DNA of 64,000 nt from Mantamonas sphyraenae STR306 (GCA_026936335.1 JAPMXV010000056.1:248001-312000), one strand, 5' to 3'. Positions 20,894 to 36,053 are shown, counted from the stretch's first letter. Notes: generated by a model not told the origin, from the sequence alone. Numbers and translations are program-made.

Positions 20894-23800
20894 ATGTCGG
20901 CAGGGCGGCACGATGAGGTTGGCAACGAGGAGGAGCTGGAGAGCATCGAGTCGTCACACACTGTCCACGATGACGACGTGGAGATTGTGATTGCACAGGA
21001 GCCGCAGAGCGCATGGGAAGCGCTGGGAATGGAAGATCCTGGGCCGAGCCAAGGCAGGCGCTCGACGCCGTTGCAAGGGGCGCAGGAGGACATGAGCGAG
21101 CTGATGGAAACCATTGCAGCGGGAGTGAATGCCATCACGCCGACGTTTGACACGTCGCGAGGGGAACGGGGAAGCAACAGCGCCGAGGGAGGAGGAGAGA
21201 GTCAAGGTCGAGGAAGCGGCAGACGGCAGGGGTGGCAATCGCTGTTTGGCAGCGGCCACAGACACACCCATGCGCGCACAGACTCTGTGAGCACCGAACC
21301 AGGCGTGACCTCATTGCGTCCTTCGCGTATGAGAGAGCGCATCCGCAGACAAACGCAGTCGGGGACGATGTTTGTGCGTTTTTGGGGCCAAAAGGAGCGA
21401 GCTGTGGGAATCAGCGGTGGGACTGACCACACACAAACACACACACAAACCACGCACGCAGATGCCGTCTGTGAACGACGGGCACAAGTTTTTGGAAGCC
21501 ATGCCGTTTGCCTCTGCGTTGCAATCGTCACAAGAGGCACACCTGATCCTGGCAGCGACGACGCTGGGCGAGGAGGAGGCGGAGCAGATTTGCGAGGCGC
21601 TGTTTGGCAACGACACAGTGCGCACACTGGTGTTTCAGTTCAACGAAACGACGCCCATGGCGATGGCCACGGCGTTGCAGGGACTGAAAATCAATGCGAG
21701 TGTGCGCAGGCTGAGTCTGAAGGGCAACCGTCTGCTCGGGGAAGCCGGCGCAACGGCTGTGGCGTCGCTATTGGAGGTGAATCACAGTCTGCGTGTGTTG
21801 GACCTGGAGTACAATGCCATGACACAGGACGGCATTGTCGACATTCTGATTGCCTTGGCACAGAACTGCACGCTGGAGGAGTTGCACCTGCGGGACGACA
21901 ACTACGGCACACAGGCGGCGTTGGTGACAGCCGAATCGTTGCAGAGCAACCAAACACTGCATACGCTTACGTTGCAGTCCAGTTTGTTGGGTGCACTGGA
22001 GTGTTCCATGCTGTGCAACGCGCTGATGGAGAACGACACACTGGCCGTGCTCCATCTGCACGGCCTGATCGGCGTGGAAGGCGCACACCACATGGCGGGT
22101 CTGTTGGCAAACGAACGGTGTGCGCTGGAGCGTCTGACGCTGAACAGGCATGCGTTGGGGAGCGAGGGGGCGGCGATGATCGCTCTGGCGGTGGCTGACA
22201 ACACACGTCTGCGGGCGCTGAGTTTGCGCAGCAACGAAATTGGCATGGAGGGTGCCAATGCCATCGCCACCATGCTGCGTGCCAACTCCACCCTAACCGA
22301 GTTGGACCTAACCAACAACGAGTTGGGCGACCCCGCCTTGGAACAGGCCTGGGCCGCCAACAGCACTGTGCGCACGCTCAACGACGTCAACATCGACACA
22401 GAAACGGTGCTGGAAATGGCACAGGTGAACATCGACACACATCTGTTTGCGTTTGTGGCGCAACGGCTTGCAGAAAACCAGACCTTGGTGTCGCTCGACT
22501 TGCACGACTCGCACATTGCCACGCGCAAGGGAGACATGTTTGCCATGCTTTGTGACGCCCTGTCGTTGAACGACACGCTGACCGAGCTCAATGTGGCCGG
22601 GTGTGACTTTGGCCTGACCAATGGCAAAGATCTGGTGGCCGCGGTGCAGCTCAACAGCACACTGCGCTCACTCAATCTGTCGGACAACCACCTGATGGGC
22701 AGCACCGTAAGCCAACTCATGGCATCGGCGGACAATCTGGAGTGGCTGGATTTGTCGCGCAACCAGCTGTCGCAGCTCCCAGACTCGGAGTTGGCAATGC
22801 GAGGGTGTGCCAACCTGCGCTTCCTGGACGTGTCGCACAACAAGCTGACGTGGCTGCCGTCCAACATCGGCCTGTTGACACGTCTGCAAACCCTTCACGT
22901 GGCGCACAACCAGCTCGATTCGCTGCCTGCAAGCCTTGCCGATTTGGATTCGTTGCAGCTGCTGTCCACGGAGGGCAATCCGCTGACCTGCATCCCGGAA
23001 CAGGTGCGCCGCGAATCAGTGAGTGTGCACCAGTATGTGCGGGACCTGGTGTTGGACAACCAGGTGTGCCCACGCATGAAACTGATGGTGTGCGGTCAAG
23101 CCAACGTGGGCAAAACATCGCTGCTGCTGCGGCTGCGCAGGCATCACAAGACAAACATGATGAGCAGTTTGCGCACAAATTGGCGTGTGCGTGTGCGCAA
23201 AGCCACGGTGGGCATCGATGTGGGCGAGTGGCAACCCGATCCCAAGCGCGATCTGTTGTTTTCCACCTGGGATTTCGCGGGTGAAGACACCTACTACGCC
23301 AGCCACCAACTCTTTCTCTCTGAACGCACTGTATATATGCTTGTGTTTTCGCTTAAGCGGCCGTTGAACCAAGGCAAGCTCATCTACTGGCTCAACTCGC
23401 TGCAGGCGCGTGCACCGGGCTCCTCGGTTCTCCTGGTCGCCACACACGCAGACTCGCGTGTGTGCACACCAGCGCACATCAATCACATGTGCTTCCAAGT
23501 CTGGCGGGTGCTGAACTTCTGGCGCAACATGTGTGCCGGTCTCGATCGCACCCTGCAATTTGTCCTGCCAGCCACCTCGTGGGGCTCGGGAACAGGAACA
23601 GGAACAGGAGCAGGGGTAGGAAGCGACACAAGTGCCATGGAGTCGGAGAACAGCAGCAGCAGCGCCAGCACACCCGGGTCGCTGGCGTCTGCGGGGCCGT
23701 CCACGGAGGAAGATGCGTTGCCACGGAGTTCGCAGGAGAGCAGCCGCAGCAACAGCAGCGTGAATGTGAGCGGAGCGCAGCCGGAACGCAGCAAGTTTTC

Positions 23801-26800
23801 ACTAGACACGCCCACGCGGATGGTGTTGGCGTCGGGGTCGGATGACGATTGGCTGGGCAGTCTGGATGAAAAGAGCATACCGGAAGCCAAGCGACCGTTC
23901 TTCACTGTCAGCTGCACCAAGGGAGCGGGCATCGAGGAGCTGCGTGACACGCTGGTGATGGTGGCCGAGCAACAGGAGAGCCTGCGTGAGGAAATCCCAG
24001 GGATGTACATCAAGGTGATGGAGGCTGTGTTGGCACGCAAAAAGATGCTGGAAGAGACGCCCTGGCTGGTGGCTGGCGCAGGAAATAGCGGCAACGGCAG
24101 CAGCAACAGCAGCAGTGGTGGTGGTGGTGGTGGTGGAAGTGGGGGGAGCAGTGGAGGAGGAGCAAGCGGAGGGGGGAGTGGAGAGGCAGGGACGGGAGGC
24201 CAGCTGGATGGAAACTCGTTGACGAGTGCAGACATCATGAGCTACGCAGATTACCAAGAGTGGATTGCAGATCAAGGCCTGCGCTACTCGAACGACGACT
24301 TTCAGTGGCTGCGCCGTGCGACTCAGTTTTGCCACCACTGGGGCATCCTGATGCACTTTAGCCAGCACCAAGTGTTGCGCGACGTGGTGATTTTGAACCC
24401 GCGCTTCCTGATCGATGCCATTGCCTGTGTCGTGGCGTCGCCTGGAGACGTGCGCGGGTTGCGACACGGCGTCATCCACGGCTCCGACCTGATGGCCCTG
24501 TGGCACGGTGTGGGCTACGGGGAAGGCCAGTTTGACTTTCTCGTGGAGCTGCTGAAACAGTTTGACCTGGTCATCCAACTGCCTCCGTCTTCGTCCCTCC
24601 TGCGACGCAATTCTGCCTCGTCCACATCCTCTGGTGGCACAAGCACACCCACAGCGGCCTCTGGCGGCAGCACCATGTCGTCGCTGTTTTCATCGTCGAC
24701 GCCATCGTCGGCGGATGCATCAGCAGGGACCGAAGGGACTGCAGGCACGCCAACCACCAGCGGCAACGGCAGTGGGAAGGCAGGCCATCTGCAGGATGTG
24801 TTTATGTTTCCGTCGTTGTTGCCCGAAGTGGCGCCGGGCACGGCGTGGTGTGCGGCGGATGTGCAGCTGTGTTCTCTGGGGCGATGCTTCCGCTTGCCTT
24901 TTCTGCAGTTTGGCTTCTTTGGCACGCTACTGGCTCGTCTGCTGACGCGTAGGGAGGACGTGCATGCGGTGGACGCGTATCAGAACGGCGTGGTGCTGAT
25001 TTACAAGCAGAGCAAAGCGCTGCTGACCATCTCGCGCACACAACCTCCCAAGAATGGGAGCGGGGCAGGGGATGACGGCAGTGGAGGGATGGGCGATGGG
25101 AGCGAATCCACAAGCTACTGGAGTTCGTTCATGTCTCCCGAGTCGCCGTCGACACTGAGCATCACGCAGCTGACAGACGACGACGAGGAGATGATGGGAG
25201 ACAACTTTACGGAGCATGTGCTGACAGTCTACGCCATGGGCCAACAGTGTGCTCCGCTGCTGCAGTACTGTTGCGAGAGTGTGCTGGAGTTGACGCAGAC
25301 TGCGTACGCAGGCGTGCTGGATCTGATCACTTCGCACGTGCTGTGCATGCTGTGTCACAACGACTACGACGCGGACCTGTCCCTGTTTAAAGAACACTCG
25401 GTGTGTCTGCGAGACTACAACGGCGACAGCATGAGTTGCCCCAATTGCGACCACACGCTGGACACACACAGTTGCCTCACACGCGACGAGCTCGATCTCG
25501 CTGCACAGCGCCACCGCGAGGCATTGCTCGCCTCGACGCCGTCGGAGGAGCTACCGGGCACACAAGGAAGCAACACACCCATTGCCAACATCCAACTGAC
25601 GCCCAACGGCCCGCGACTGGTGGTGCATGGCGACGATGCAGGGCTGCAAGTGGACGACGTCGACGCAGCCGCCGCCTGGGATGCCCCGTTGGATCTTGTC
25701 GAACAGGCAGCCGCAGGAGGGACCGACGTGTATGCGTTTGTCAATGACCAGGAGCTCTACGATCACTACACAGGCGTGTTGCAGAGCGGCGACGACGAAT
25801 TGGCAGGCGACCAACATGGAGAAGGCGGTGGCAGCAGCAGTGGCAGCAGTGGCAGCGGCTCGTCGTCGTCGTCATCCTCCAGCACCAGCATTGGAGTGGC
25901 ATCGACGACGACAGACACGCCGTACGCGGCGTTGTTTGAGACGTTTTACGCAGGTTTGCTGAGCGACGATCTGTCGAGCTTGAGTGGCAACAGCCAGGAG
26001 GGGAGCGAGGGAGGCAGCGTACGAGGGTCGTTTGAGCTGCTGCCCGAAGCGGACAAGGAGGCGTTGGTGCCGTTCCCAGACCGGCAGTGGAACAAGGAGT
26101 ACCTGGAGCTTGTGTCGCGTAGCCGTGCCTGCATGGAACAGAGCGGAGTGCTGCGTCACAAGGAGCACGCAGTGGACGCAGTGTCGGAGATGGAGGCGTG
26201 TGTCAAGCAGCTGCGGCAATTGGAGAATGATTTTGCGCTGCAAGCGTCGCGTGTGTGCAAGGTGCTGATTGAGGAATTGAACCTGCCGGACGAGCAAAAG
26301 ACGTTGCAGCCGGCCAAGCACATGGGTGGCGAGGCAGGAGGGATCAAGTTCCTGGTGGGAGGCATGTTTTTCAAGGTGTCTGTGGACGCAAAGAAGATGT
26401 ACGGGGGCGACGAGTTTAGCATGAAGGTGGCGGCGCACGAGTACAAAGGAGTGATGGCCATTCAGGCGTGCAACGTGCCGCGTGTGCACTGCTCCATCAT
26501 GGGACTCGTGGATTACCTGGGCTTCCGTGTGGTGGTGACTGCTTTGCTGCCGATTGGGGGCCGCACGATTGTGTACGGCTCGGACGACGGCGGGCGCACA
26601 GTGCACAAGAAACACGCACGCGCCACAGAACTCATGGACCAGGTGGCAGACATGCTCAACCTCAAGGAACATTGGATTGGGACCACGAGCACGCGTCTGC
26701 GACTGTGCGGCGACATTGAAGTGCACGCGGTGCGTCCTCGCTCGCGTCGTAGTCGGCTTGAAGACGGCGAGGGCCAGGATGGGGAGGAGGATGGGGACAC

Positions 26801-28517
26801 AGTAACGGAGTTGGCAACGGTGGTGGATGACGAGGGTGGTGAGCAAGGTGGGGACGGTGAGGAGGAGGAGGAGGATGACTCGATGGATGTACCGTACGAC
26901 TACTACGTGATCGACACGGCACGTCTGTTTCCGCCAGCATATCCGAACCGCAACGTACCTGGAGCACACCTGTTTCAATTGCTGCGTCCGGAGTTTGTCA
27001 AGAGTAACGGAAGGCGGCTGTGTAGCGATGCGTTTTCGTTTTGGGCGCTGCGGAATTGCAGGCAACACAACCTGGAGATTCTGGAGGCCAGCAAGCGACT
27101 GGAGAACGAGAACATTCCTGCGTTTGTGGCGCACATGAGTCGCATGTCGGAAGCAAAGTTGGAGGCGGTGGCCATCACCGAGGAGATGCACAGGTGGGGC
27201 ATCAACGTACGCTATCTGGGCCATTGCCTACGCCATGCACTCAAGGATCGCGGACGCGAGTGGTATACCATGGCCACCCATGTCAGTGTGAGCTCCAGCG
27301 TGTCGTCAACATCCAGCAGCAGCAGCAGTGGCAGCAGCAGTAGCAGCAGCACCAGCAGTCTCAGTTTGGCTGGTCCGGTGGTGGACAATCGCAAACTGCT
27401 GGCACGTATCCTGCGCACAGAAATGGTGGCACGGGCAGTGAAGAATATGTTGCGACGAGAGATGCGCTCGTTTGTGATGGACGATTTGACGCAGGAGGAG
27501 GTTCGGCAGGCAGTGGTCCACTTTTTCAACATGGTGTTTGTGCCCGAGGAGCAAGCTTCGTCGTCGGCATCGTCGTCGTTGGGTGGAAGCCAAGACGACG
27601 ATGAAAGTGGGATGATGATGGCACGTCACGACACGGGATTTGGCAGGGGCAACAGCGGACGCGTGTTTTGGAGTCATGAGCTGCCGCACGAAGTGGGCGC
27701 AGGGTTTGGATTGAACGTGGGTGGCGGCGGCAGCGAGTTGCGTGACGAAGTGGACATGGCAAAGCTGTTTGTGCGTCTGCAGAACAAGTCGGGCGTGGTG
27801 TTTAGCGATGCCAGCGTGCGGCGGTGTGTGGAGGAGGGCAGACCGCTGAGCAGCAGCGATTTGGTGGCCATCGAACCGGTCACCAAAATGACGCCTCTGA
27901 CCACGTTTCTGGAAGGCAACTCGATCATTGCACACATCGCACACGCAGGGGAGGGGGAGACGTCTCAGCAGTTGGGCGAGCTGTTCCAACAGGCGTACAG
28001 CAAGTTTGAGGCACTTCTGAGGGTGAAACCGGATGACATTGCCACGCTCATGCAATGGGCAGAGGCGTTGCAGCAGCACGCAGAACTCACAGGGAGCATG
28101 GAGCGATTTGACAAGGCATGCGAGCTGCTGAGCTCGGTCATCGACATTGATGTCGACCACGAACAGGCACTGATTCAATGGGGCGACTGTCTGCTGTCAT
28201 GCGCCGAAATGGTGCTTTCCCACAGAGGCGTGGACATGGATGTGAAGGAGCGACGTGCAAAGGTGGAGGAGTTGCTGGCCGAAGCACAGATCCACTATCT
28301 CGAGTCCGGCGAGGCCGGCATGTTCCGTCTCGCATGTTTGCATGCCATCCGTAGCGACGAGAGCCAGTGTCGCAAGTGGCTGGAGCGGTGCTACAAGAAG
28401 AGGCAGCTGCCCATGGGGTTGCAACTCGAAACGGAACCGAGGTTGGCAAACGTGCGCCACTGCGAATGGTTCGAGGCCTTTTGCAGGCGCGTGGAGATGG
28501 GTTCCATGCTGAGTTGA
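20894..28517 (+). CDS. Roco-CLU fusion: RI-like LRRs, typical LRRs, Roc, COR, Cys-rich segment, CLU domain, TPR-like C-terminus; exon 1 20894-21373, intron 21374-21461
   Basis: LRRs (LxxLxLxxNxIG); P-loop GQANVGKTS, WDFAGED, ATHAD; COR VILNPRFL; CLU motifs GGEAGGIKF, DYLGFRV, VYGSDDGG, YVIDTARLFPP, LLRPEFV, MHRWGINVRYLG, EMVARAVK; phase-0 intron with a CTGAC branch point. Confidence 0.85.
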
Positions 28518-28534
28518 GCACAGCAAGCGTAGTG

Positions 28535-29948
<1,414 letters not shown>

Positions 29949-29994
29949 ACACACACACCACACACACTCTCTCCCATTGCATTGCGAGTGTTCT

Positions 29995-30993
29995 TCATTT
30001 ATAGTCGAAATTCATGATCCCTGCGTCCATGAGCTTCTGAATCTTGGGACCGAGGCTGGGATGAGCAAGGAGTTGTGCAGGCGGGATTTGTGCGCCGTTC
30101 TGGATGAGACCGATGACGTGTTGCACCTCTGGATCCTGCATGAGCTTACCCAGCTCAGGGTCCGAGGCCACCTTGCTCATGGGATCCTCCGGGTGTGCCT
30201 GAGCATATCCTTGGCCCATGGCACTGAAGAACTCCTTGAACAGACCCATCAGCTTGGCATCGTCTTTGTACTTTTCAATGGCGGACGGATCTTTGGACAC
30301 TTCGTCCAATGCCTGCGCAATCTTGGGATCGTTCAGGCTCTCGAGCACCGATTGGGACGAGGCAAACGTCTCCAGCACCTCTTCCGTCATGTAGTCGTTC
30401 TAACAGGGCGGGGATGGTCGGATGGATGGTGGAGAGCCGTTGGGATGGAGAGCGGAAACGTTGTGTGTGTGAGTGTGTGTTGGAGGGGGGGAAGGGGGAA
30501 GGGGGGAAGGGTGGATGGGTTTCTTGGGATGATCCGTTGCCAGACGTTTTGATCTCGTACCTTCATGGCCTCCTGCACCTCTTCAAACACCAGTTTGGAA
30601 TCGCTCTTTTTGCCACAGGCCTTTGTTCCGCTGGAACTGTTACTCGAAGACGATACAATGTTGGAAATGGTTTCCTTCTCGCCCACCTCGAGGCGTTGGA
30701 CGTTGGGTTTGCCCTTTGCGGCCGCTGCCTTTGGCTTGCTCTTTGGCTTGCTCTTGCTTTTGCTGTTGCTCGGCTCATCATCCATGAGGAAACCCGCACC
30801 AAAGCCAAACGGGTCGTCGTCGTCGTCGTCGTCGTCGTTGTCTTGTGCCTCAACCACGGGTTTCTTTGCGATCTTGGCGGGCTTTTTGTTGTGAGCCTGC
30901 TGATGAGGTGGTGGTTGACGACGCCATGGATGCGGTGGAAAACATGCTGCTCATGTCCTCCAAGGGCGGAGGCATGTCGTCGTCCTCGCTCAT
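29995..30993 (-). CDS. STI1/HOP DP-domain co-chaperone-like protein; one intron and one apparent frameshift near 30885
   Basis: Starts MSEDDDMPPPLEDMS; DP-like motifs LNDPKIAQALDEVSKDPSAIEKY and MQDPEVQHVI...PKIQKLMDAGIM; intron ~30392-30560. Confidence 0.7.
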
Positions 30994-31039
30994 GGTCGGG
31001 TGTTGGCTGGGCCCTCGCCAAACCACCGAAAACCAAACG

Positions 31040-33126
31040 ATGCCCGCGAAGAAGAAGAAGGGTAGGTTTCCGGGTCAATAGAGCACACACGCACACGCAC
31101 AGTCACTGACACACAGAGGGTGGACGCACCACAGTCCAACTTGCCAAGGAGCGACAGCGCGCTGATGACAAGCGGGTGCAAAAGGTGAGTGGGAGCGTGG
31201 GGAAGTGCCAAAGCGAGCAAACGTCCTCAGCGACGATACAGGACCAATGGGACACTGACACAGGCACACGTGACGACACCGTACGATGGACATAGACGCT
31301 GGAGGATAAGAGTGCGTGGGGCGAGAAACGGGAAGGGCAGCGAGGCGGGAGAGTGAGGGGGGGGGAATATTGGAAGCTGACGCACGACTGGACACTTCTG
31401 CCCTGCTCGTGGCACACGTGCACACATCACGCAACGCAACGCAACGTCGACTGGTACAGCGTTTGGACTGAAGAACAAGAACAAGAGCAAGAAGGGTGAG
31501 TGTGGTCAAACAGGGGTGGAGGAGGGGGTGATTGCTTGGCCGGAAAGATTCGCACCAAACACCACCACGGCTGACACAGGCGGGAACACACCCCACGGAC
31601 GATGGTGTGCATTCGGGCAAACGTAGTGCAAAAGTACATTAAGCAGATCCAGAAGAGCTCGGGCAACAACCAGATGAGCGACACGATGGAGAGGCAGCAA
31701 AAGTCTGAGGAGCAGGCCAAGAAGCGGGTGAGTGGCCCTCTTGCATGAACGCTCATCACACAGCCCCGTTTTTGCCGCAGGACGTGCGACACAGCGCGTT
31801 GAGTTTGTGCACGCCCCGCCCCCACACACACTTTGGATCCCCACGGCACGTGGGTGCACTGTGTGGCCTTGTGCACAGACTGCATGCGATGATTGCGGAG
31901 CACGCGCGGTGTGGGTGCTTTCCTGGAATCCCCAACCATCAACCGTCCACGTTGCTGTCCCCCGTGGTCTGTGGGACCACACACACACACACATACACTC
32001 ACACACACATGCGACACGTCTGATATGGGACTGTGGACAGGCGGCCAAGAACGCAAAGAAGCAAAAGGCAATGATGAAGGACATGATGGCCAAGTCGAAG
32101 ATCCGACAGCCGAAACTGCCAGCCGGAGTGGATCCCAAAACGGTGCTGTGTGCGTTCTTTGCGGCGGGGATGTGCAAAAAGAGCGAGGAGGAGTGCAAGT
32201 ACAGCCACGACCTGGAGATTGAAAAGAAGGTGCAGCGCAAGGATCTGTACACGGATGCACGTCGCGCCGGCGGCGGCGGCGAGGGGGAGGAGCAGCAGGA
32301 CAACAAGACGAGTGCAGATTGGACGCAGGAGGAGTTGGCCAAGGTGGTGGGAGCCAAGCAGTCGAACGCAAACAAGAACCTGCCCACGGAGAAGGTGTGC
32401 AAGTTCTTCCTGCAGGCGGTGGAACGAGGCCAGTACGGTTGGTTCTGGGAGTGTCAGAACGGCGACAAGTGCATTTACAAGCATGCGCTGCCCGAGGGCT
32501 ACGTGTTCAAGAAGGACAAGATCAAGAAGGAACAGAAGGAAAAGACGCTGTCGCTGGAGGAGCTGGTGGAGATTGAGCGCGGCAAGCTGGAGACGTTTAC
32601 GCCCGTGACGGAGGAGACGTTCAAGGAGTGGAAGAGGAAGCGTGTGGAGCGACGGGAGGCGGAGAAGGAAGCCAAGCGGGCCGAGTTGGAAAAGGCGGCG
32701 CAGGGCAAGGGCAGCGTGAAGAACCAGGAGGGGGCTGGACTTACGGGTCGCGCCCTGTTTGACCTCAACGCAGACCTGTTTGTGGACGACGAGGGAGCGT
32801 CGGAGACGCGTATGGTGAGTGCCAAGGATGATGATGACGACGATGCAGGCAAGGGCAAGGGTGTGGACATTGGGTTTGGCGAACGCGACGACGACCTCGA
32901 TGGGCATGCAGGCGCAGGGAGCAGCAGCAGCAGCAGCAGTGGCAGTAGCTCTGCAACCGTGGAGATTGTTTCTGAAGTGTTTGATGACGAGGATCTCGAC
33001 GACCTGGACGATTTGGATTTGGATGAGCTGGACGATGCCGATCTCGACGGACTGGACGACATTGACGAGGATGCGTTGACGACGTCGACTACCACGACGA
33101 CGACCACGACCACCAGCAGTGAATGA
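31040..33126 (+). CDS. ZC3H15: CCCH zinc-finger DRG regulatory protein (ZC3H15/DFRP1/Tma46), multi-exon
   Basis: Spliced MPAKKKK...TLEDKT|FGLKNKNKSKK|VQKYIKQ; GVDPKTVLCAFF..G.C...CKYSHD; VCKFFLQAVERGQYGWFWECQNGDKCIYKHALPEGY; TPVTEETFKEWK. Confidence 0.93.
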
Positions 33127-33170
33127 CAATGAATGAACAATTGAAGCGCCAATGCAGCCACTGGAAGAAG

Positions 33171-33285
33171 ATGAGTGGGATTCCAGAGGAGTTGCGACAC
33201 TTGTTTCCGACGTCATTTGGAGGCGGAAGCAAGGCAAGCAAGGCCAAGGCCAAAGCCAAGGGGAGTGTCCAGGAGGCACGAGCAG

Positions 33286-33329
<44 letters not shown>

Positions 33330-35069
33330 AGGGGAATGGAGGAGGAGACGGCACTTTCGTCAGCTACTTCAACTTCCACCACCACCACATCATCCTCATC
33401 CTCATCCTCATCATCTTCATCCTCTTCCTCGTCCACAGAGAACGCCCCACAGCAGAGTCGAGTGGCTGTGGGGCCTCCGAGACCGCCCGGGATGAAGGGT
33501 GGGAATGTCGGACCGCCTCGGCCGCCGCCAAAGTTCTTTGCCGACAAGGGCAAGAGCAAGATGGAGGTGCAGGACACAACAGGCGGACGTGGCGGGGAGT
33601 CCACAGTGGATGATTCACATGGCATTGCACACAGGATGACAACGGAGGTGGAGGAGGAGGAAGAGGAGGAGGAAGAAAGCAGGTTCAACTTGCCCATGTC
33701 GCACGAGGCAGTGATCACCCAGCACAGCAAGGCTGTGACGGCGTTGTGTGTGGAAACGTCTGGAGCACGGCTGGTGAGTGGCAGCCACGACTTTACATGC
33801 AAGTTCTTTGACTTTAACGGGATGGACCGTACGCTGCGGCACTTTCGGGAGGTGGAGCCGGTGGAGCGGAACTCGGTGAAGGATGTGAGTTTCAGCAACA
33901 GCGGAGACCTTGTGCTGGTGGCCAACCACAGCAACCAGGCACACCTGTACACAAGGGACGCCGAGTTGGTGGGCGAAACGATGAAGGGCTACCAGTACAT
34001 CATGGACCAAAGCAACACACAGGGCCACACGGCGCCGATCACAAGTGCGCTGTTCCACCCCACCGTGCACGACCAATTCTACACCACGTCTGTGGATGGC
34101 ACCCTGCGGCTGTGGGACATCAACAAACTGGAAAAGCACACGTTTCTGATCAAAACCCTGAACGCACAGCGGAAAAAGTGTGCGCCGAGCGCGGCGTGCC
34201 TGTCCGGGGACGGAAGTTGGGCGGTGGTGGCATGCGACGACGGCAGCGTGCAACTGTTCTCCACCAAGGGAAAGACACGACCCAAGAAGAGTGGACGTGA
34301 GTGTCACGCGTCCGGGAGTGAGATCACGGGGGTGGCGTTGGGACAGGACGACGTGACGATTGTCAGCCGTGGCAGCGACCACACAATGAAGGTGTGGGAC
34401 GCAAGAAGCATGCGACAGGCGGTGCACACAGTGTCCGGCCTACCCAACACCGTGGAGGACACCGGGGTGGTGTTTAGTCCCGACGGACAGGTCATTGTCA
34501 CCGGCACCTCGTGTGTGGACAACCGCCCGGGCTTTGTCAACGCCTACGAACGCAGCTCCATGCGACTGGTCTCCAGTGTGCCGCTGTCGTCGGGCACCTC
34601 TGCCGTGCGTGTGCAATGGCACCCGAAACTGAACCAGCTCTTTGTGGGCAGCGAGGATGGCCTCCACGTCCTGTACAGCCCCAGCCTCAGCACACGCGGC
34701 ATCCTTGCCTGCGTCACCAAACACAAACGCAAACGACGCGACACCGTGGCCATGGTGGATGAGTTGGAAATCATCACCCCGGCCGCCATGCCACGACACG
34801 CAAACAAGCGCAAGAAGGAGGCCCAAGACGCGGATCGTATGGCTCCCGAACGTCCCGTCACAGGCAGAGGCAGTGGAGGACGCGTGGGCGAGAGTGCAAA
34901 CACCCATCTGACCCAGAACCTGGTGCTCAACAACAAGAAGTACATCGAGGACCCTCGCGAAGCCATCCTGCGCTGGGACGAGGACGAATTGGGTGTCGTG
35001 TCCCAGGCCTATCAGAAGACACAGCCGGAGCGCAAGTTTGACACGTCGTATCTCGAGGAGGAGGGGTAA
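33171..35069 (+). CDS. WDR70: WD repeat protein 70 (start chosen at MSGIPEEL; an in-frame ATG also exists at 33123)
   Basis: LPMSHE, GARLVSGSHDF..KFFDFNGMD, KGYQYIMDQSNTQGH, WHPKLNQL, PERPVTGRGSGGRVG, EDPREAILR, AYQKTQP. Confidence 0.9.
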
Positions 35070-35176
35070 GGGGACAGCAAATGAACAGGAATCATGGGAG
35101 ACGGTGGTTGTTGTTGTTGTGATGATGATTGGATGGGCAAATGGACAGTGTGTGTGGAGACACGCACAGAGTGTGT

Positions 35177-36018
35177 TGTGTGTGTGTGTGACATGTGTTG
35201 AATCACTCAAGGAAGGTGTACACACGGGTCTGGTTCTCCTGAGCCCGCTGCTTCTTCACGTAGTTGTGGCGTGCAAAACACGACAGTCCAAACACAATGT
35301 AGAAGCCAAACGCAATCCAGCACGCCTGTGCTGCCTCTGCATACTTGTCCAGAGGCATGTCAATCGTAAACGGCTTGGCTGGCAACGTCAGCGCCAGGAC
35401 AAGGAAGAAGAGGACAGCCCACACCGAAATCACCGAGCAGAACAGCGACACTGGACCACACAGCACACACACGCGCGGTACAACGCACAAACACACACAA
35501 GCAGCACAGGACACACGGGTCGGGTGTGCAGTGGGTGTGGATACATGGTGTCAGTGTCAGTGGGGAGAGGAGGGGGGGAACGCAAAGGGTGGACGACGGC
35601 TGGGGCGGGAGGGCGGACACGCACGTTTCGGTCCCGGAAGCTTCATGGATCTGTACACGAGACACGCAGGACACACGCACACGTAGATGGGTGGGTTATG
35701 GAATGGGTCAGCAGGGTGGAGAGATGCAGGAGGGATGGTGGGCAGGTGGAGGGCGCGGGAAAACCTCGGAAGCAGCTGCCCCCAGCCAAATACACGCTCA
35801 GCCAGCGGCGCCAACAACAGGCACACGAGGGTGCAGCGATGGATTTTGGAAGGCATTGGGAAACAGAGCAAGGAGGAGGATAGATGGGAGATGGGAGGGG
35901 ATGAAAGAGGGAGAGGCATGTGTGTGTGTGTGTGTGTGTGGGGGGATGGTGGATGATGGGTGGAGAGAGCCACACGCACACAAGAAAGGACAGGTTGGAT
36001 GCGCAGTCGCAAGCAGTT
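35177..36018. repeat. Inverted duplication arm B1 (partner 39245-~40085)
   Basis: Reverse complement matches 39245-40085 over ~840 bp with scattered differences, including a synonymous Cys TGT/TGC. Confidence 0.93.
35203..35646 (-). CDS. RNASEK: RNase kappa / V-ATPase subunit f-like small two-TM protein, copy 1
   Basis: Spliced MKLPGPKL|SLFCSVISVWAVLFFLVLA...YAEAAQACWIAFGFYIVF resembles RNASEK (GPK..C..LS.WG, CFIAA.LY). Confidence 0.65.
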
Positions 36019-36053
36019 GCATGACTGGAAGGGTGATTGTGAAGGGATTGCAT

